Shown here: positions 1-15,770 of the stretch, in pieces
How the letters are laid out: each line of letters opens with the position of its first letter
Numbering within the stretch: position 1 is the stretch's first letter
Assembly: GCF_036245865.1 (NCBI RefSeq)
Contig: NZ_BTTW01000008.1
Location: 1 to 32,395, forward strand
Reading direction: 5' to 3'
From: Corallococcus caeni
GTDB taxonomy: Bacteria > Myxococcota > Myxococcia > Myxococcales > Myxococcaceae
Length of the DNA stretch: 32,395 nucleotides
Made by a program: the position numbers and the translations under genes
Notes under the pieces: generated by a model
Seen by the model: only the letters and a program-made list of their open reading frames with translations
Databases searched by the model: none
What the model was told of the DNA's origin: nothing

Positions 1-2
1 GC

Positions 3-185
<183 letters not shown>

Positions 186-258
186 TCGGCTTCCCGCCGA
201 CCGGCTTTCACGGGCACTGAGTTGCGGAGGGGAGGGCTGCTTTTGTAGCCTTCCCCTC
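186..258 (+). terminator. Two hairpins between tuf and rpmG. GTCGGC-ttccc-GCCGAC (186-202) is followed by cggctttc. An 11-bp stem GAGGGGAGGGC/GCCTTCCCCTC (227-258) has a 10-nt loop and one G-U wobble.
   Basis: Reverse-complement stems read directly from the sequence. The first is terminator-like (short U-tract). The second may be a processing or stabilising structure or a weak attenuator. Confidence 0.35.
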
Positions 259-279
259 TAGCATCTGGTGAAATGAACC

Positions 280-444
280 ATGCCTAAGGGTAACCGTTCC
301 ATCATCTCGCTCGAGTGCACCACGTGCAAAGAGCGGAACTACACGACCACGAAGAACAAGCGGAAGAGCCAGGACAAGCTCGAGCTGAGCAAGTTCTGCC
401 CTCGGTGCCGCAAGCACACGGACCACAAGGAAGGCAAGGTCTAG
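280..444 (+). CDS. rpmG: 50S ribosomal protein L33
   Basis: ATG at 280. Translation [54 protein letters not shown] (54 aa) carries the L33 CxxC...CxxC zinc-ribbon signature. Confidence 0.9.
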   Translation: MPKGNRSIISLECTTCKERNYTTTKNKRKSQDKLELSKFCPRCRKHTDHKEGKV

Positions 445-466
445 GTCGTCCGTTCCATGAAGGTTT

Positions 467-542
467 AGGCCAGTAGCTCCAACGGTAGAGCAGCGGTCTC
501 CAAATCCGCGTGTTGGGGGTTCGAATCCCTCCTGGCCTGCCA
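467..542 (+). tRNA. trnW: tRNA-Trp (anticodon CCA), encoded 3' CCA included
   Basis: Acceptor stem AGGCCAG/CTGGCCT. Anticodon loop is cuCCAaa. T-arm is GGTTCGAATCC. Canonical tuf-tRNATrp-secE-nusG arrangement. Confidence 0.9.
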
Positions 543-553
543 GCTTCAGTACA

Positions 554-599
554 GGGACCCCCGGTACCGAGCGGTGCCGGGGGTCCCTGCCTTTTCGCA
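554..599 (+). terminator. Intrinsic terminator-like hairpin after tRNA-Trp
   Basis: Perfect 11-bp stem GGGACCCCCGG (554-564) / CCGGGGGTCCC (577-587) with a 12-nt loop, followed by tgccttttcgc. Confidence 0.6.
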
Positions 600-630
600 G
601 TCCCGCTTCCGCAGTCCCTCGTGAGGCACC

Positions 631-1074
631 ATGGCGACGGCATCTGAGGCCAGCCAGCAGGCTAACCGCTCGGGCATCGACCCCAAGCGGCTCGTGGTCA
701 TCTTCTATCTCGTCGCCGGCATCGTCCTGGCCCTCTTCCTGGAGCACGTCTTCGGGTTGCTCTGGAGCCGGTTCGGTTGGAACGACGTGGAGCTCTTCGA
801 AGGGCTCGGCTGGCGCGTGTCGACGCTGGTGGGCTATGTGGTCGCGCTGGCCCTGGTGCTGGCGGCCTACTTCAACCCTCGCACGCACACCCTCTCCATC
901 GACGTGGCGTCCGAGCTCATGAAGGTCACTTGGCCTACCTGGTCGGAGACCCGCGCATCGACCATGGCCGTGGTCGTCGCCTCGCTGGTGGCGGCCGTTC
1001 TGCTCTTCTGCATCGACACCGTCGCCTACAACTTGATGGTGGAGTGGCTGCCTGCCCTGTGGGGGAAGCTGTAA
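631..1074 (+). CDS. secE: Preprotein translocase subunit SecE (long three-TM form)
   Basis: 147-aa ORF. The C-terminal KVTWPTWSETRASTMAVVVASLVAAVLLFCIDTVAYNLMVEWL matches the SecE core. Two further hydrophobic segments lie upstream. The stop overlaps the nusG start (TAATG). Confidence 0.8.
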   Translation: MATASEASQQANRSGIDPKRLVVIFYLVAGIVLALFLEHVFGLLWSRFGWNDVELFEGLGWRVSTLVGYVVALALVLAAYFNPRTHTLSIDVASELMKVTWPTWSETRASTMAVVVASLVAAVLLFCIDTVAYNLMVEWLPALWGKL

Positions 1075-1622
1075 TGGCGAAGAAATGGTTCACGGTCCAG
1101 ACCTACTCGAACTACGAGAACCAGGCGAAGAAGAACCTGGAAGAGCAGGTGCGCCTCAAGGGCCTGCAGGACCAGGATCTGATCGGTGAGATCCTCATCC
1201 CCATGGAGCAGGTCGTGGAGATGGTGAACGGCGAGAAGAAGACCACCCGCCGCAAGCTCTTCCCGGGCTACATCTTCGTCCAGATGGAGCTCAACGACAT
1301 CACCGTCCACCTGGTGAAGAACACCTCCAAGGTGACAGGGTTTCCGGGCGTCGGCCAGAACGAGCAGCCCCGGCCCATGTCGGACCGCGAGGTCGAGCGC
1401 CTCACCGCGCAGGTCACCGAGGGCGCCCACAAAGCCAAGCCCAAGGTCCAGTTCGAGACCAGCGACACGGTGCGCGTCATCGACGGCCCGTTCGCGAACT
1501 TCAACGGCACCGTGGAAGAGGTCAACCCGGAGAAGGGCCGCGTGCGCGTGCTCGTCAGCATCTTCGGCCGTGCGACCCCCGTGGAGCTCGACTTCATGCA
1601 GGTGGAGAAGACCACCGGCTAG
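1074..1622 (+). CDS. nusG: Transcription termination/antitermination factor NusG
   Basis: MAKKWFTVQTYSNYENQAKKNLEEQV... NGN domain plus a C-terminal KOW (RVIDGPFANFNGTVEEVNPEKGRVRVLVSIFGRATPVELDF). The 281-aa track ORF from 777 is an upstream extension overlapping secE and is rejected. Confidence 0.95.
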   Translation: MAKKWFTVQTYSNYENQAKKNLEEQVRLKGLQDQDLIGEILIPMEQVVEMVNGEKKTTRRKLFPGYIFVQMELNDITVHLVKNTSKVTGFPGVGQNEQPRPMSDREVERLTAQVTEGAHKAKPKVQFETSDTVRVIDGPFANFNGTVEEVNPEKGRVRVLVSIFGRATPVELDFMQVEKTTG

Positions 1623-1660
1623 TTTCCCCAGTCTTCCGCGTCCGTCACCCGGGCGCGGAT

Positions 1661-1709
1661 CAACGGGTGGGAGGGTCGTCCCGTCTGGCGACCCGTTGGA
1701 ACCACCCTC
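1661..1709 (+). promoter_or_regulatory. rplK leader nested hairpin, a candidate L1-binding autoregulatory mimic
   Basis: Outer stem GGGTGG/CCACCC encloses inner stem GGGTCG-tcccgtctgg-CGACCC. It lies about 20 nt upstream of the rplK ATG. L1 is known to autoregulate the L11 operon through a leader structure. Confidence 0.3.
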
Positions 1710-1730
1710 TCGAAAGGCAGCAGTCCGCCG

Positions 1731-2177
1731 ATGAAGAAGGTCACAGGTCAGGTCAAGTTGCAGATCCCCGCCGGCAAGGCGAACCCCGCCCCGCCGATTG
1801 GTCCCGCGCTCGGTCAGCAGGGCGTGAACATCATGGAGTTCTGCAAGCAGTTCAACGCCAAGACGCAGGCGGAGGCCAAGGAGGGTCTGATCATCCCGGT
1901 GATCATCACCGTGTATCAGGACCGCTCCTTCACCTTCATCCTGAAGACCCCTCCCGCCGCGATCCTCATCAAGAAGGCCGCGGGTCTCCACACGGAGAAG
2001 AAGAAGGGTTCGGGCGCGAAGAAGCCGGGCAAGGAGAAGGTGGGGACGATCACCCGCAAGCAGCTCGAGGAGATCGCCAACAAGAAGATCCAGGACACCA
2101 CCGCCGCGTCCATCGAAGCCTGCATGAACACCATTGCTGGCACCGCGCGCTCCATGGGCATCGACGTCGTCGGCTAG
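1731..2177 (+). CDS. rplK: 50S ribosomal protein L11
   Basis: [46 protein letters not shown]... is the canonical L11 N-terminus. Confidence 0.95.
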   Translation: MKKVTGQVKLQIPAGKANPAPPIGPALGQQGVNIMEFCKQFNAKTQAEAKEGLIIPVIITVYQDRSFTFILKTPPAAILIKKAAGLHTEKKKGSGAKKPGKEKVGTITRKQLEEIANKKIQDTTAASIEACMNTIAGTARSMGIDVVG

Positions 2178-2205
2178 CCCGCCCCATCTTTCAAGGATTC
2201 CTGCC

Positions 2206-2919
2206 ATGGCTACCAATGGAAAGAAGTTCCGCGCGTCCAACGAGCTGGTGGACCGCAACAAGCGCTACCCTGTCGCCGAGGGCTTCGCGCTGCTGAAGAA
2301 GACGGTGGAGACCCGCGCGACGAAGTACGACCAGACGGTCGACGTCGCCATCAACCTGGGCGTGGACCCCAAGCACGCGGACCAGATGGTCCGTGGCGCC
2401 GTGGTGCTCCCGCACGGCACCGGCGCCACCGTGCGCGTGGCCGTGTTCGCCAAGGGTGAGCGCGCCACCGAGGCCGCCAACGCCGGCGCGGACATCGTGG
2501 GCGCGGAGGACCTCCAGAAGCGCATCGAGGAGGGCTTCCTCGACTTCGACACCGTCATCGCGACGCCGGACATGATGGGTATCGTCGGCCGCCTCGGTAA
2601 GGTACTCGGTCCCCGTGGCCTCATGCCGAACCCGAAGGTCGGCACGGTGACCATGGACGTCGCCAAGGCCATCCGCGACTCCAAGGGCGGTAAGGTGGAC
2701 TTCCGCGCGGAGAAGGCGGGCATCGTCCACGCGAAGATGGGCAAGGCCTCCTTCGCCGCGGACAAGCTCGAGGCGAACTTCAACGCGCTGGTGGACCTGG
2801 TGATGAAGCTCAAGCCGGCCACCGCCAAGGGCGTGTACCTGAAGGGCATCGCCATCTCGACGACCATGGGGCCGGGCATCAAGCTCGACACCACGGAAAT
2901 CCTGGCGCGTCACCGCTAG
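2206..2919 (+). CDS. rplA: 50S ribosomal protein L1
   Basis: [32 protein letters not shown]... with an AAGGAT RBS upstream. The track ORF start at 2134 is a spurious N-extension overlapping rplK. Confidence 0.95.
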   Translation: MATNGKKFRASNELVDRNKRYPVAEGFALLKKTVETRATKYDQTVDVAINLGVDPKHADQMVRGAVVLPHGTGATVRVAVFAKGERATEAANAGADIVGAEDLQKRIEEGFLDFDTVIATPDMMGIVGRLGKVLGPRGLMPNPKVGTVTMDVAKAIRDSKGGKVDFRAEKAGIVHAKMGKASFAADKLEANFNALVDLVMKLKPATAKGVYLKGIAISTTMGPGIKLDTTEILARHR

Positions 2920-3025
2920 TCGCGGGTGTCAGGACGGGCAGGGAAGGGTGCGCTCCCTGACGGGGAGCGTCAGTCCCGTCGCCCGTAGAACATCAGCCCG
3001 ATAGAAAGTGCTGGATCTTTGCGAA

Positions 3026-3053
3026 AGCCGGGGGTATAGGCCCCCGGCTTTTG
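3026..3053 (+). terminator. rplJ leader attenuator: intrinsic terminator-like hairpin inside the 397-nt L10 leader
   Basis: AGCCGGGGG-tatagg-CCCCCGGCT (9-bp GC stem) is followed directly by TTTTGC. In enterobacteria this hairpin+T-tract position within the rplJ leader is an attenuator. Confidence 0.5.
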
Positions 3054-3276
3054 CAATTGGAGCGCCATGTCGAGAGACGCGGCGTTTCGACCTGGTTCAT
3101 GACAGCAGGGACCTGGAAGGGAGAAGACGCGTCCGTTGGGAACCGGGCAACCGGTCGGGCCGTCCATCCACTCCTGGTTCAAACGACCGCAAGGTCAGCC
3201 CTGCCGAGACTGGAGGTGCGGTGTGGTGCCTCTCGGAGGCCCCCCTCTCGCTCTGCCACTTTGGCCCAGGCATCAC

Positions 3277-3296
3277 GCCCGACCGTCAGGTCGGGC
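3277..3296 (+). promoter_or_regulatory. Hairpin GCCCGACC-gtca-GGTCGGGC immediately 5' of the rplJ Shine-Dalgarno
   Basis: Perfect 8-bp stem with a tetraloop. It ends 5 nt before AAGGAGGTGA (3301-3310), and the GTG start is at 3317. Candidate L10-(L12)4 autoregulatory element or mRNA stabiliser. Confidence 0.35.
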
Positions 3297-3316
3297 CATG
3301 AAGGAGGTGAGTCAAG

Positions 3317-3838
3317 GTGCTGAAGAGCGAGAAGGAAGAGATGATCAAGGATCTTCACGAGAAGTTCACCCGGACCAAGACCGCGGTGCTCGTGGAGTCC
3401 TCCAAGGTGAACGTCGAGACCGTCACCAAGCTGCGTCGCAAGTTCCGCGAGGGCAAGGTTGAGTACAAGGTCATCAAGAACACGCTGGCGCGTCGTGCCG
3501 CTCAGGGTACGTCCGTCTCCGTGATTTCGGATGACTTCACGGGTCCCGTGGCGCTGTGCATCAGCTACGACGACGTGGTGGCTCCTGCGAAGATCCTGAT
3601 GGATTTCATCAAGGACATGGAGACCATCAAGGTCCGTAGCGCCGTGGTGGACGGCAAGAAGATTGACGTCAACGGCGTGAAGGCGCTGGCGAAGATGCCG
3701 GGCCTCAACGAGCTGCGCGGGCAGTTGCTCGGCATGCTCAACCAGCCGGCAGGCAAGCTGGTTCGGACCATCGCGGCCCCCGGGTCGCAGCTCGCGCGGG
3801 TGCTGCAGGCCAACGCGGACAAGTCGCAGGGGCAGTAA
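3317..3838 (+). CDS. rplJ: 50S ribosomal protein L10
   Basis: GTG start 7 nt after AAGGAGGTGA. (M)LKSEKEEMIKDLHEKFTRTKTAVLVESSKVNVETVTKLRRKFREGKVEYKVIKNTLARRA... is L10. Confidence 0.9.
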   Translation: MLKSEKEEMIKDLHEKFTRTKTAVLVESSKVNVETVTKLRRKFREGKVEYKVIKNTLARRAAQGTSVSVISDDFTGPVALCISYDDVVAPAKILMDFIKDMETIKVRSAVVDGKKIDVNGVKALAKMPGLNELRGQLLGMLNQPAGKLVRTIAAPGSQLARVLQANADKSQGQ

Positions 3839-3930
3839 TCATCCCGAGAAGTTTTTCTACCGCAACCTCTTCGGTGCGGCAGCCCAGATGGGTCGCCCAC
3901 CGTTAGTCAACCGCAGAAGGACACAGTTCA

Positions 3931-4302
3931 ATGGCTGACCTGAATTCGATTGTCGACCAGCTCTCCTCGCTCACCGTCATGGAAGCGGCCGAGCTCGTGA
4001 AGCAGCTTGAGGCGAAGTGGGGCGTTTCCGCCGCCGCCGTGGCCGTTGCCGCCGCGGGCCCTGCCGCCGCCGCCGCTCCTGTCGAGGAGAAGACGGAGTT
4101 CAACGTGGTGCTGGCGAACGCCGGCGCCAACAAGATCAACGTCATCAAGGAGATCCGCGCCATCACCGGCCTGGGCCTGAAGGAGGCCAAGGACCTGGTC
4201 GAGGGCGCGCCCAAGACGGTCAAGGAAGGCGTCAACAAGGACGACGCCAAGAAGATCAAGGACCAGCTCGTCGCGGCTGGCGCCACCGTCGAGATCAAGT
4301 AG
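3931..4302 (+). CDS. rplL: 50S ribosomal protein L7/L12
   Basis: [61 protein letters not shown]...GATVEIK has the L12 N-terminal dimerisation domain, Ala-rich hinge and C-terminal domain. Confidence 0.95.
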   Translation: MADLNSIVDQLSSLTVMEAAELVKQLEAKWGVSAAAVAVAAAGPAAAAAPVEEKTEFNVVLANAGANKINVIKEIRAITGLGLKEAKDLVEGAPKTVKEGVNKDDAKKIKDQLVAAGATVEIK

Positions 4303-4308
4303 TTCTGT

Positions 4309-4400
4309 ACAGGGGCTGCCCTGTTCTTCCGGGAAATCCCGGGCAGCCTGCTGATCGGATGAGCAGGCCGGCGCTCCCTTTGCTGGGGCGCCGGCTTTGC
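4309..4400 (+). terminator. rplL-rpoB intergenic hairpin cluster (partial terminator / attenuator and likely processing site)
   Basis: ACAGGG-gctg-CCCTGT (4309-4324) then tcttcc. The alternative GGCTGCCC (4313-4320) / GGGCAGCC (4341-4348) overlaps it. GCCTGCT (4346-4352) / AGCAGGC (4362-4368). GCCGGCGC (4367-4374) / GCGCCGGC (4388-4395) is followed by TTTGCCCATTTG. Confidence 0.45.
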
Positions 4401-4483
4401 CCATTTGACATTTGCCAAATTTCCCGGCGCCGCCGCGCGTTACTGAAGTTTGCCCCGCCCGAGCAGCCGTCCCCGGAGACCGA

Positions 4484-8710
<4,227 letters not shown>

Positions 8711-8842
8711 GCCTTTTCAAAGAAGCCGGTGCGCCCGCCTGACCGGCTGGCTGCTTCCTCGTGGAGGGAGCGGCTGGCCGGGCGCAGGGCGGGGGCCCGA
8801 AACGTTTGGCGCCCTGAGCGCTCATAAGTTTTCGGAGGCAAC

Positions 8843-13054
<4,212 letters not shown>

Positions 13055-13063
13055 TCATTCCCC

Positions 13064-13133
13064 GAAGCGTCCCTGACGCTTCGTGAGTCAGCCGCCGTCC
13101 TGGTGTCATGCCGGGGCGGCGGCTTTCTTGTTT
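13064..13133 (+). terminator. Intrinsic terminator after rpoC (two hairpins, the second with a U-tract)
   Basis: GAAGCGTC-cct-GACGCTTC (13064-13082). Then AGCCGCCG (13090-13097) / CGGCGGCT (13117-13124) followed by TTCTTGTTTCGC. Confidence 0.65.
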
Positions 13134-13155
13134 CGCACAGTTCGCACTTGTTGCC

Positions 13156-13183
13156 TTGACACCATGTCGCGGTGCGTTATGTT
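13156..13183 (+). promoter_or_regulatory. Sigma70-like promoter TTGACA-N16-TATGTT for the phasin-like gene pair
   Basis: TTGACA at 13156-13161 and TATGTT at 13178-13183 with a 16-nt spacer. The first downstream ATG is at 13230 behind a GGGGGGA RBS. Confidence 0.45.
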
Positions 13184-13229
13184 GACGCATCACGTTATCA
13201 AACCCGGATCAGCCGGGGGGGAGCACGAC

Positions 13230-13691
13230 ATGGCGACGACGAGTGCGAAGGCAGCGGACAAGGCGGGCGTGACGCAGAACGTGGAGGCCTTCCTGAAGGG
13301 GCGGTTCTCCGAGGCGCACAAGCGGTTCCAGGGCCTGGAAGGGGAGGCGAACAAGGCCTTCCGTGCGCTGGAGACGCGGAGCCAGGTGGCGGCGAAGGAG
13401 GTCCAGGCCCTCTGGACGAAGGTGCAGGCCGGTGAGCTGCGCGCCGACCCCCGCGTTCAGGAGCTGACCAAGAAGGTGGACGAGGCGGGTGTGGAGCTGC
13501 GCAAGCGGCTGGACGGGCTCCAGGCGAAGGTCGTGGAGGCGGTGGGAGTTGCCAGCCAGTCCCAGGTGCAGCAGATCACCCAGGAGCTGGGCCGCCTGTC
13601 GAAGAAGCTGGATGTGCTCCTGAAGCCCACCCGGCGCGCCCACCCTTCGACCAAGAATTCCGGCGGCGCGGCGTCTTCTCCGCGCGCCTGA
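13230..13691 (+). CDS. Phasin-family (PHA-granule-associated-protein-like, TIGR01837/PF05597-type) coiled-coil protein
   Basis: 153 aa MATTSAKAADKAGVTQNVEAFLKGRFSEAHKRFQGLEGEANKAFRALETRSQVAAKEVQALWTKV...QQITQELGRLSKKLDVLLK. All-helical heptad-rich composition. The C-terminal ...LGRLSKKLDVLL resembles the phasin-family ending. The track start at 13083 is rejected because it runs through the terminator and promoter. Confidence 0.55.
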   Translation: MATTSAKAADKAGVTQNVEAFLKGRFSEAHKRFQGLEGEANKAFRALETRSQVAAKEVQALWTKVQAGELRADPRVQELTKKVDEAGVELRKRLDGLQAKVVEAVGVASQSQVQQITQELGRLSKKLDVLLKPTRRAHPSTKNSGGAASSPRA

Positions 13692-13793
13692 GCAGCGTTT
13701 TCATCACCCACGGGGTGTGCTTAGGTCGCAGACCCCTTTGAATGCCCTGGGTTCCTTCCAAGCGAAGGGCCCGGGCACTCCCGGAGCGACTTC

Positions 13794-14144
13794 ATGGACA
13801 ACAACACCGAGGCCCCCCGAGAGAAGCCTTCCGTGGCGGAGGCGTTCGAGCGGATCTGGAGCCAGGCGCTCCTGGCCGTGAACACGGCCGAGGAAGAGGC
13901 TTCCCGCGCCGTGCAGCGCGTGGCGTCCGTCGCGGGCTGGAGCCAGGACGAGGTGAAACGTCAGGCCCGCGAGTTCGCGGAGCGCCTGACGGGGCACCGC
14001 AAGGACCTGGAGCACAACGTGGAGGAGCGGGTCCGCACGGCCCTGACCCTCCTGAAGCTGCCGCGCCGCGAGGAGTTGCAGGCCTTCGGTGCCCGCCTGG
14101 AGCGTCTGAACGAACGCATCCAGGCCCTGGAGCACCGTAAGTGA
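13794..14144 (+). CDS. Phasin-family coiled-coil protein, paralog of the upstream gene
   Basis: 116 aa. The ...LKLPRREELQAFGARLERLNERIQALEHRK ending matches the conserved C-terminal motif of TIGR01837 phasin-like proteins (l-p-t-r-e-e-v-e-a-L-x-x-R-i-d-x-L) as remembered. Confidence 0.6.
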   Translation: MDNNTEAPREKPSVAEAFERIWSQALLAVNTAEEEASRAVQRVASVAGWSQDEVKRQAREFAERLTGHRKDLEHNVEERVRTALTLLKLPRREELQAFGARLERLNERIQALEHRK

Positions 14145-14902
14145 GTGGCCCCGCCGCCTCGGGCGGCAGGTCGCTGGGAACGCGGTTCTTCGCGGGGCTG
14201 CATGCCCTGAGCAGCGGGTGCTCCCGGCTCCCGTTGCTCGCGGGTGTGGCGCTCGTGGTGTCCGCGCGGGTGGTGCCCCTCCTGGAGGAGCCCGCCCCCC
14301 AGTCCATGGTCCCCGAGCTGGTGGCGCAGGAGGCCGTCTCCGAGGAGGCGGCGCTCATCGACGCCGTGCTGGCCAAGCGCGCCCCGGACCTGGGGCTCAC
14401 GCTGCGCCGGCGTCTGGGGCAGGCCATCGACGAGGAGTCGCGCCGCACGGGGTATGACCCGCTGCTGGTGCTGGCCCTCATCGACGTGGAGTCCGACTTC
14501 GAGGAGGAATCCGTCTCCGAGAAGGGCGCCCGGGGCCTGATGCAGATCAAGCCCAGCACGCTGCACTTCCTGGCGGAGAAGGAAGGCCTGAAGCTGTCGC
14601 GCGAGGAAGTGGTGGCGGACCCCGCCGTCTGCGTGCGCCTGGGCATCCGCTACCTGCGCAACCTGCAGGGCCGCTTCGGCGGCGATCTGGACCTGGCGCT
14701 GATGGCCTACAACGCGGGCCCCACGCGCATCCGGGACGCGATGAAGGCCGGGGAGCTGGAGAAGTTCCGCCGCTATCCCCGGGCCGTGCGGCGCGACTTC
14801 CGCCGCTTCCGCGAAGGCCACGGTCTGGGCGGGGACTGGGCCCTGGCGCAGCGCGAGCCGCCTCCGCCGACGCCCGACGAGACGCCGACCGCGGCGCCCT
14901 GA
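14141..14902 (+). CDS. Lytic transglycosylase (SLT domain), signal-anchored
   Basis: GTG start overlaps the upstream stop (GTGA). Hydrophobic N-region LPLLAGVALVVSARVV. SLT motifs: the catalytic Glu context LALIDVESDFEE, then GARGLMQIKPST and AYNAGPTRI. Confidence 0.8.
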   Translation: MSGPAASGGRSLGTRFFAGLHALSSGCSRLPLLAGVALVVSARVVPLLEEPAPQSMVPELVAQEAVSEEAALIDAVLAKRAPDLGLTLRRRLGQAIDEESRRTGYDPLLVLALIDVESDFEEESVSEKGARGLMQIKPSTLHFLAEKEGLKLSREEVVADPAVCVRLGIRYLRNLQGRFGGDLDLALMAYNAGPTRIRDAMKAGELEKFRRYPRAVRRDFRRFREGHGLGGDWALAQREPPPPTPDETPTAAP

Positions 14903-15063
14903 AGGGCCCCAGCGGTCCGATTGGAAGACGGGCCCCCGGGTGAATGTTCGGGGCGGCGGAGCGCTCCAAGAGGCGCCGTCCCCGCCTTGTTCCGCTCCCC
15001 CGGGTGCGCTAAGTCGTTGCAAGCCCCCGGGACTGTTGAGGATTCCCAGGAGGAATGCCCCCC

Positions 15064-15747
15064 ATGCCCCGCCCGTCCGCCCGCATTGCCATCACCGTCG
15101 CGGCCTCGCTCGTTCCCATGCTGGCCCTCGCCGGTTCGGTCTTCCTGAACGGCGTGAAGATCGACGGTGTGACGAACACGCGCTTCGAGAAGGCCACTGT
15201 CCGCATCGACGCGGAGGGGAACGTCCACATCGACGCGCCGGGGTACGCCGCCCGCGTGACGACCGTGACGCCCACGCCCGCGACGCCTTCCACCGCCACT
15301 CCGCCTGCCGCCACGCCCCCGGACGCGGGCGTCGTCGCGCAGGCTCCCGGGCCGGCTGCCCCCGCCGCGCCTCCGTCCGTGCCGGGTCGCATCACCCAGC
15401 GCTACTGGCTGGTGACGGAGCAGACGACGCCGGGCATGACGGACTTCGACATCGACGTGTACGTGAACTCGCGCTGGCTGCGTCGTTTGCGCAACAACGA
15501 GGATCAGGTGGTGGTGGACATCACCAGTCAGTTGCGTCCCGGCGCGAACGCGGTGACGCTGATTGCCCGCAAGCAGGCCACGGGGAACCGCCGCAGCACT
15601 TCGCCCGCGAACGTCTTCAAGGTGATCATCGGCGAGGGCAACGAGGGCGGCGGCAACGTGATGATTGACACGCCCCTCATCCGCTTCCAGAAGACGGCTG
15701 CGGACGCGCAGGACGCGACCGAGGAGTTCACCCTCACCACCCGCTAG
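15064..15747 (+). CDS. Secreted hypothetical protein with a Pro/Thr/Ala-rich linker
   Basis: MPRPSARIAITVAASLVPMLALAGSVF is a signal peptide with ALA|GS cleavage. The second ATG (15064) is 10 nt after AGGAGG. The first ATG (15055) sits only 1 nt after the SD. The PT-rich stretch is TVTPTPATPSTATPPAATPP. The ~100-aa C-terminal domain has no recognised family. Confidence 0.6.
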   Translation: MPRPSARIAITVAASLVPMLALAGSVFLNGVKIDGVTNTRFEKATVRIDAEGNVHIDAPGYAARVTTVTPTPATPSTATPPAATPPDAGVVAQAPGPAAPAAPPSVPGRITQRYWLVTEQTTPGMTDFDIDVYVNSRWLRRLRNNEDQVVVDITSQLRPGANAVTLIARKQATGNRRSTSPANVFKVIIGEGNEGGGNVMIDTPLIRFQKTAADAQDATEEFTLTTR

Positions 15748-15770
15748 GGTGCGCGGGAAGGGAGACGACG

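Noticed and set aside
777-1073. N-terminal 99-codon extension of the nusG ORF (track ORF 777..1622) overlapping secE.
   Set aside because: The extension is Arg/Gly/Ala junk in the secE +1 frame. The conserved NusG N-terminus MAKKWF begins at 1074 with a TAATG overlap.
3298-3462. ATG at 3298 (atg aag gag gtg ...) as an alternative rplJ start (track ORF 3136..3462).
   Set aside because: It is out of frame with the L10 reading frame and terminates after 55 codons. The L10 frame begins at GTG 3317, correctly spaced from AAGGAGGTGA.
13792-15022. Minus-strand ORFs of 284 and 353 aa (13792..14646 and 13961..15022) antisense to the phasin-like and SLT genes.
   Set aside because: Arg/Pro/Ser/Gly-rich translations typical of GC-bias artefacts. 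The + strand carries SLT catalytic motifs and good GC3 codon usage.
14903-15063. Possible promoter (TTGTTC-N17-TAAGTC) or sigma54 site in the SLT-to-secreted-protein spacer.
   Set aside because: Both hexamers are poor matches and the spacing for a GG-N10-GC sigma54 site fails. Reported only as unassigned intergenic sequence.
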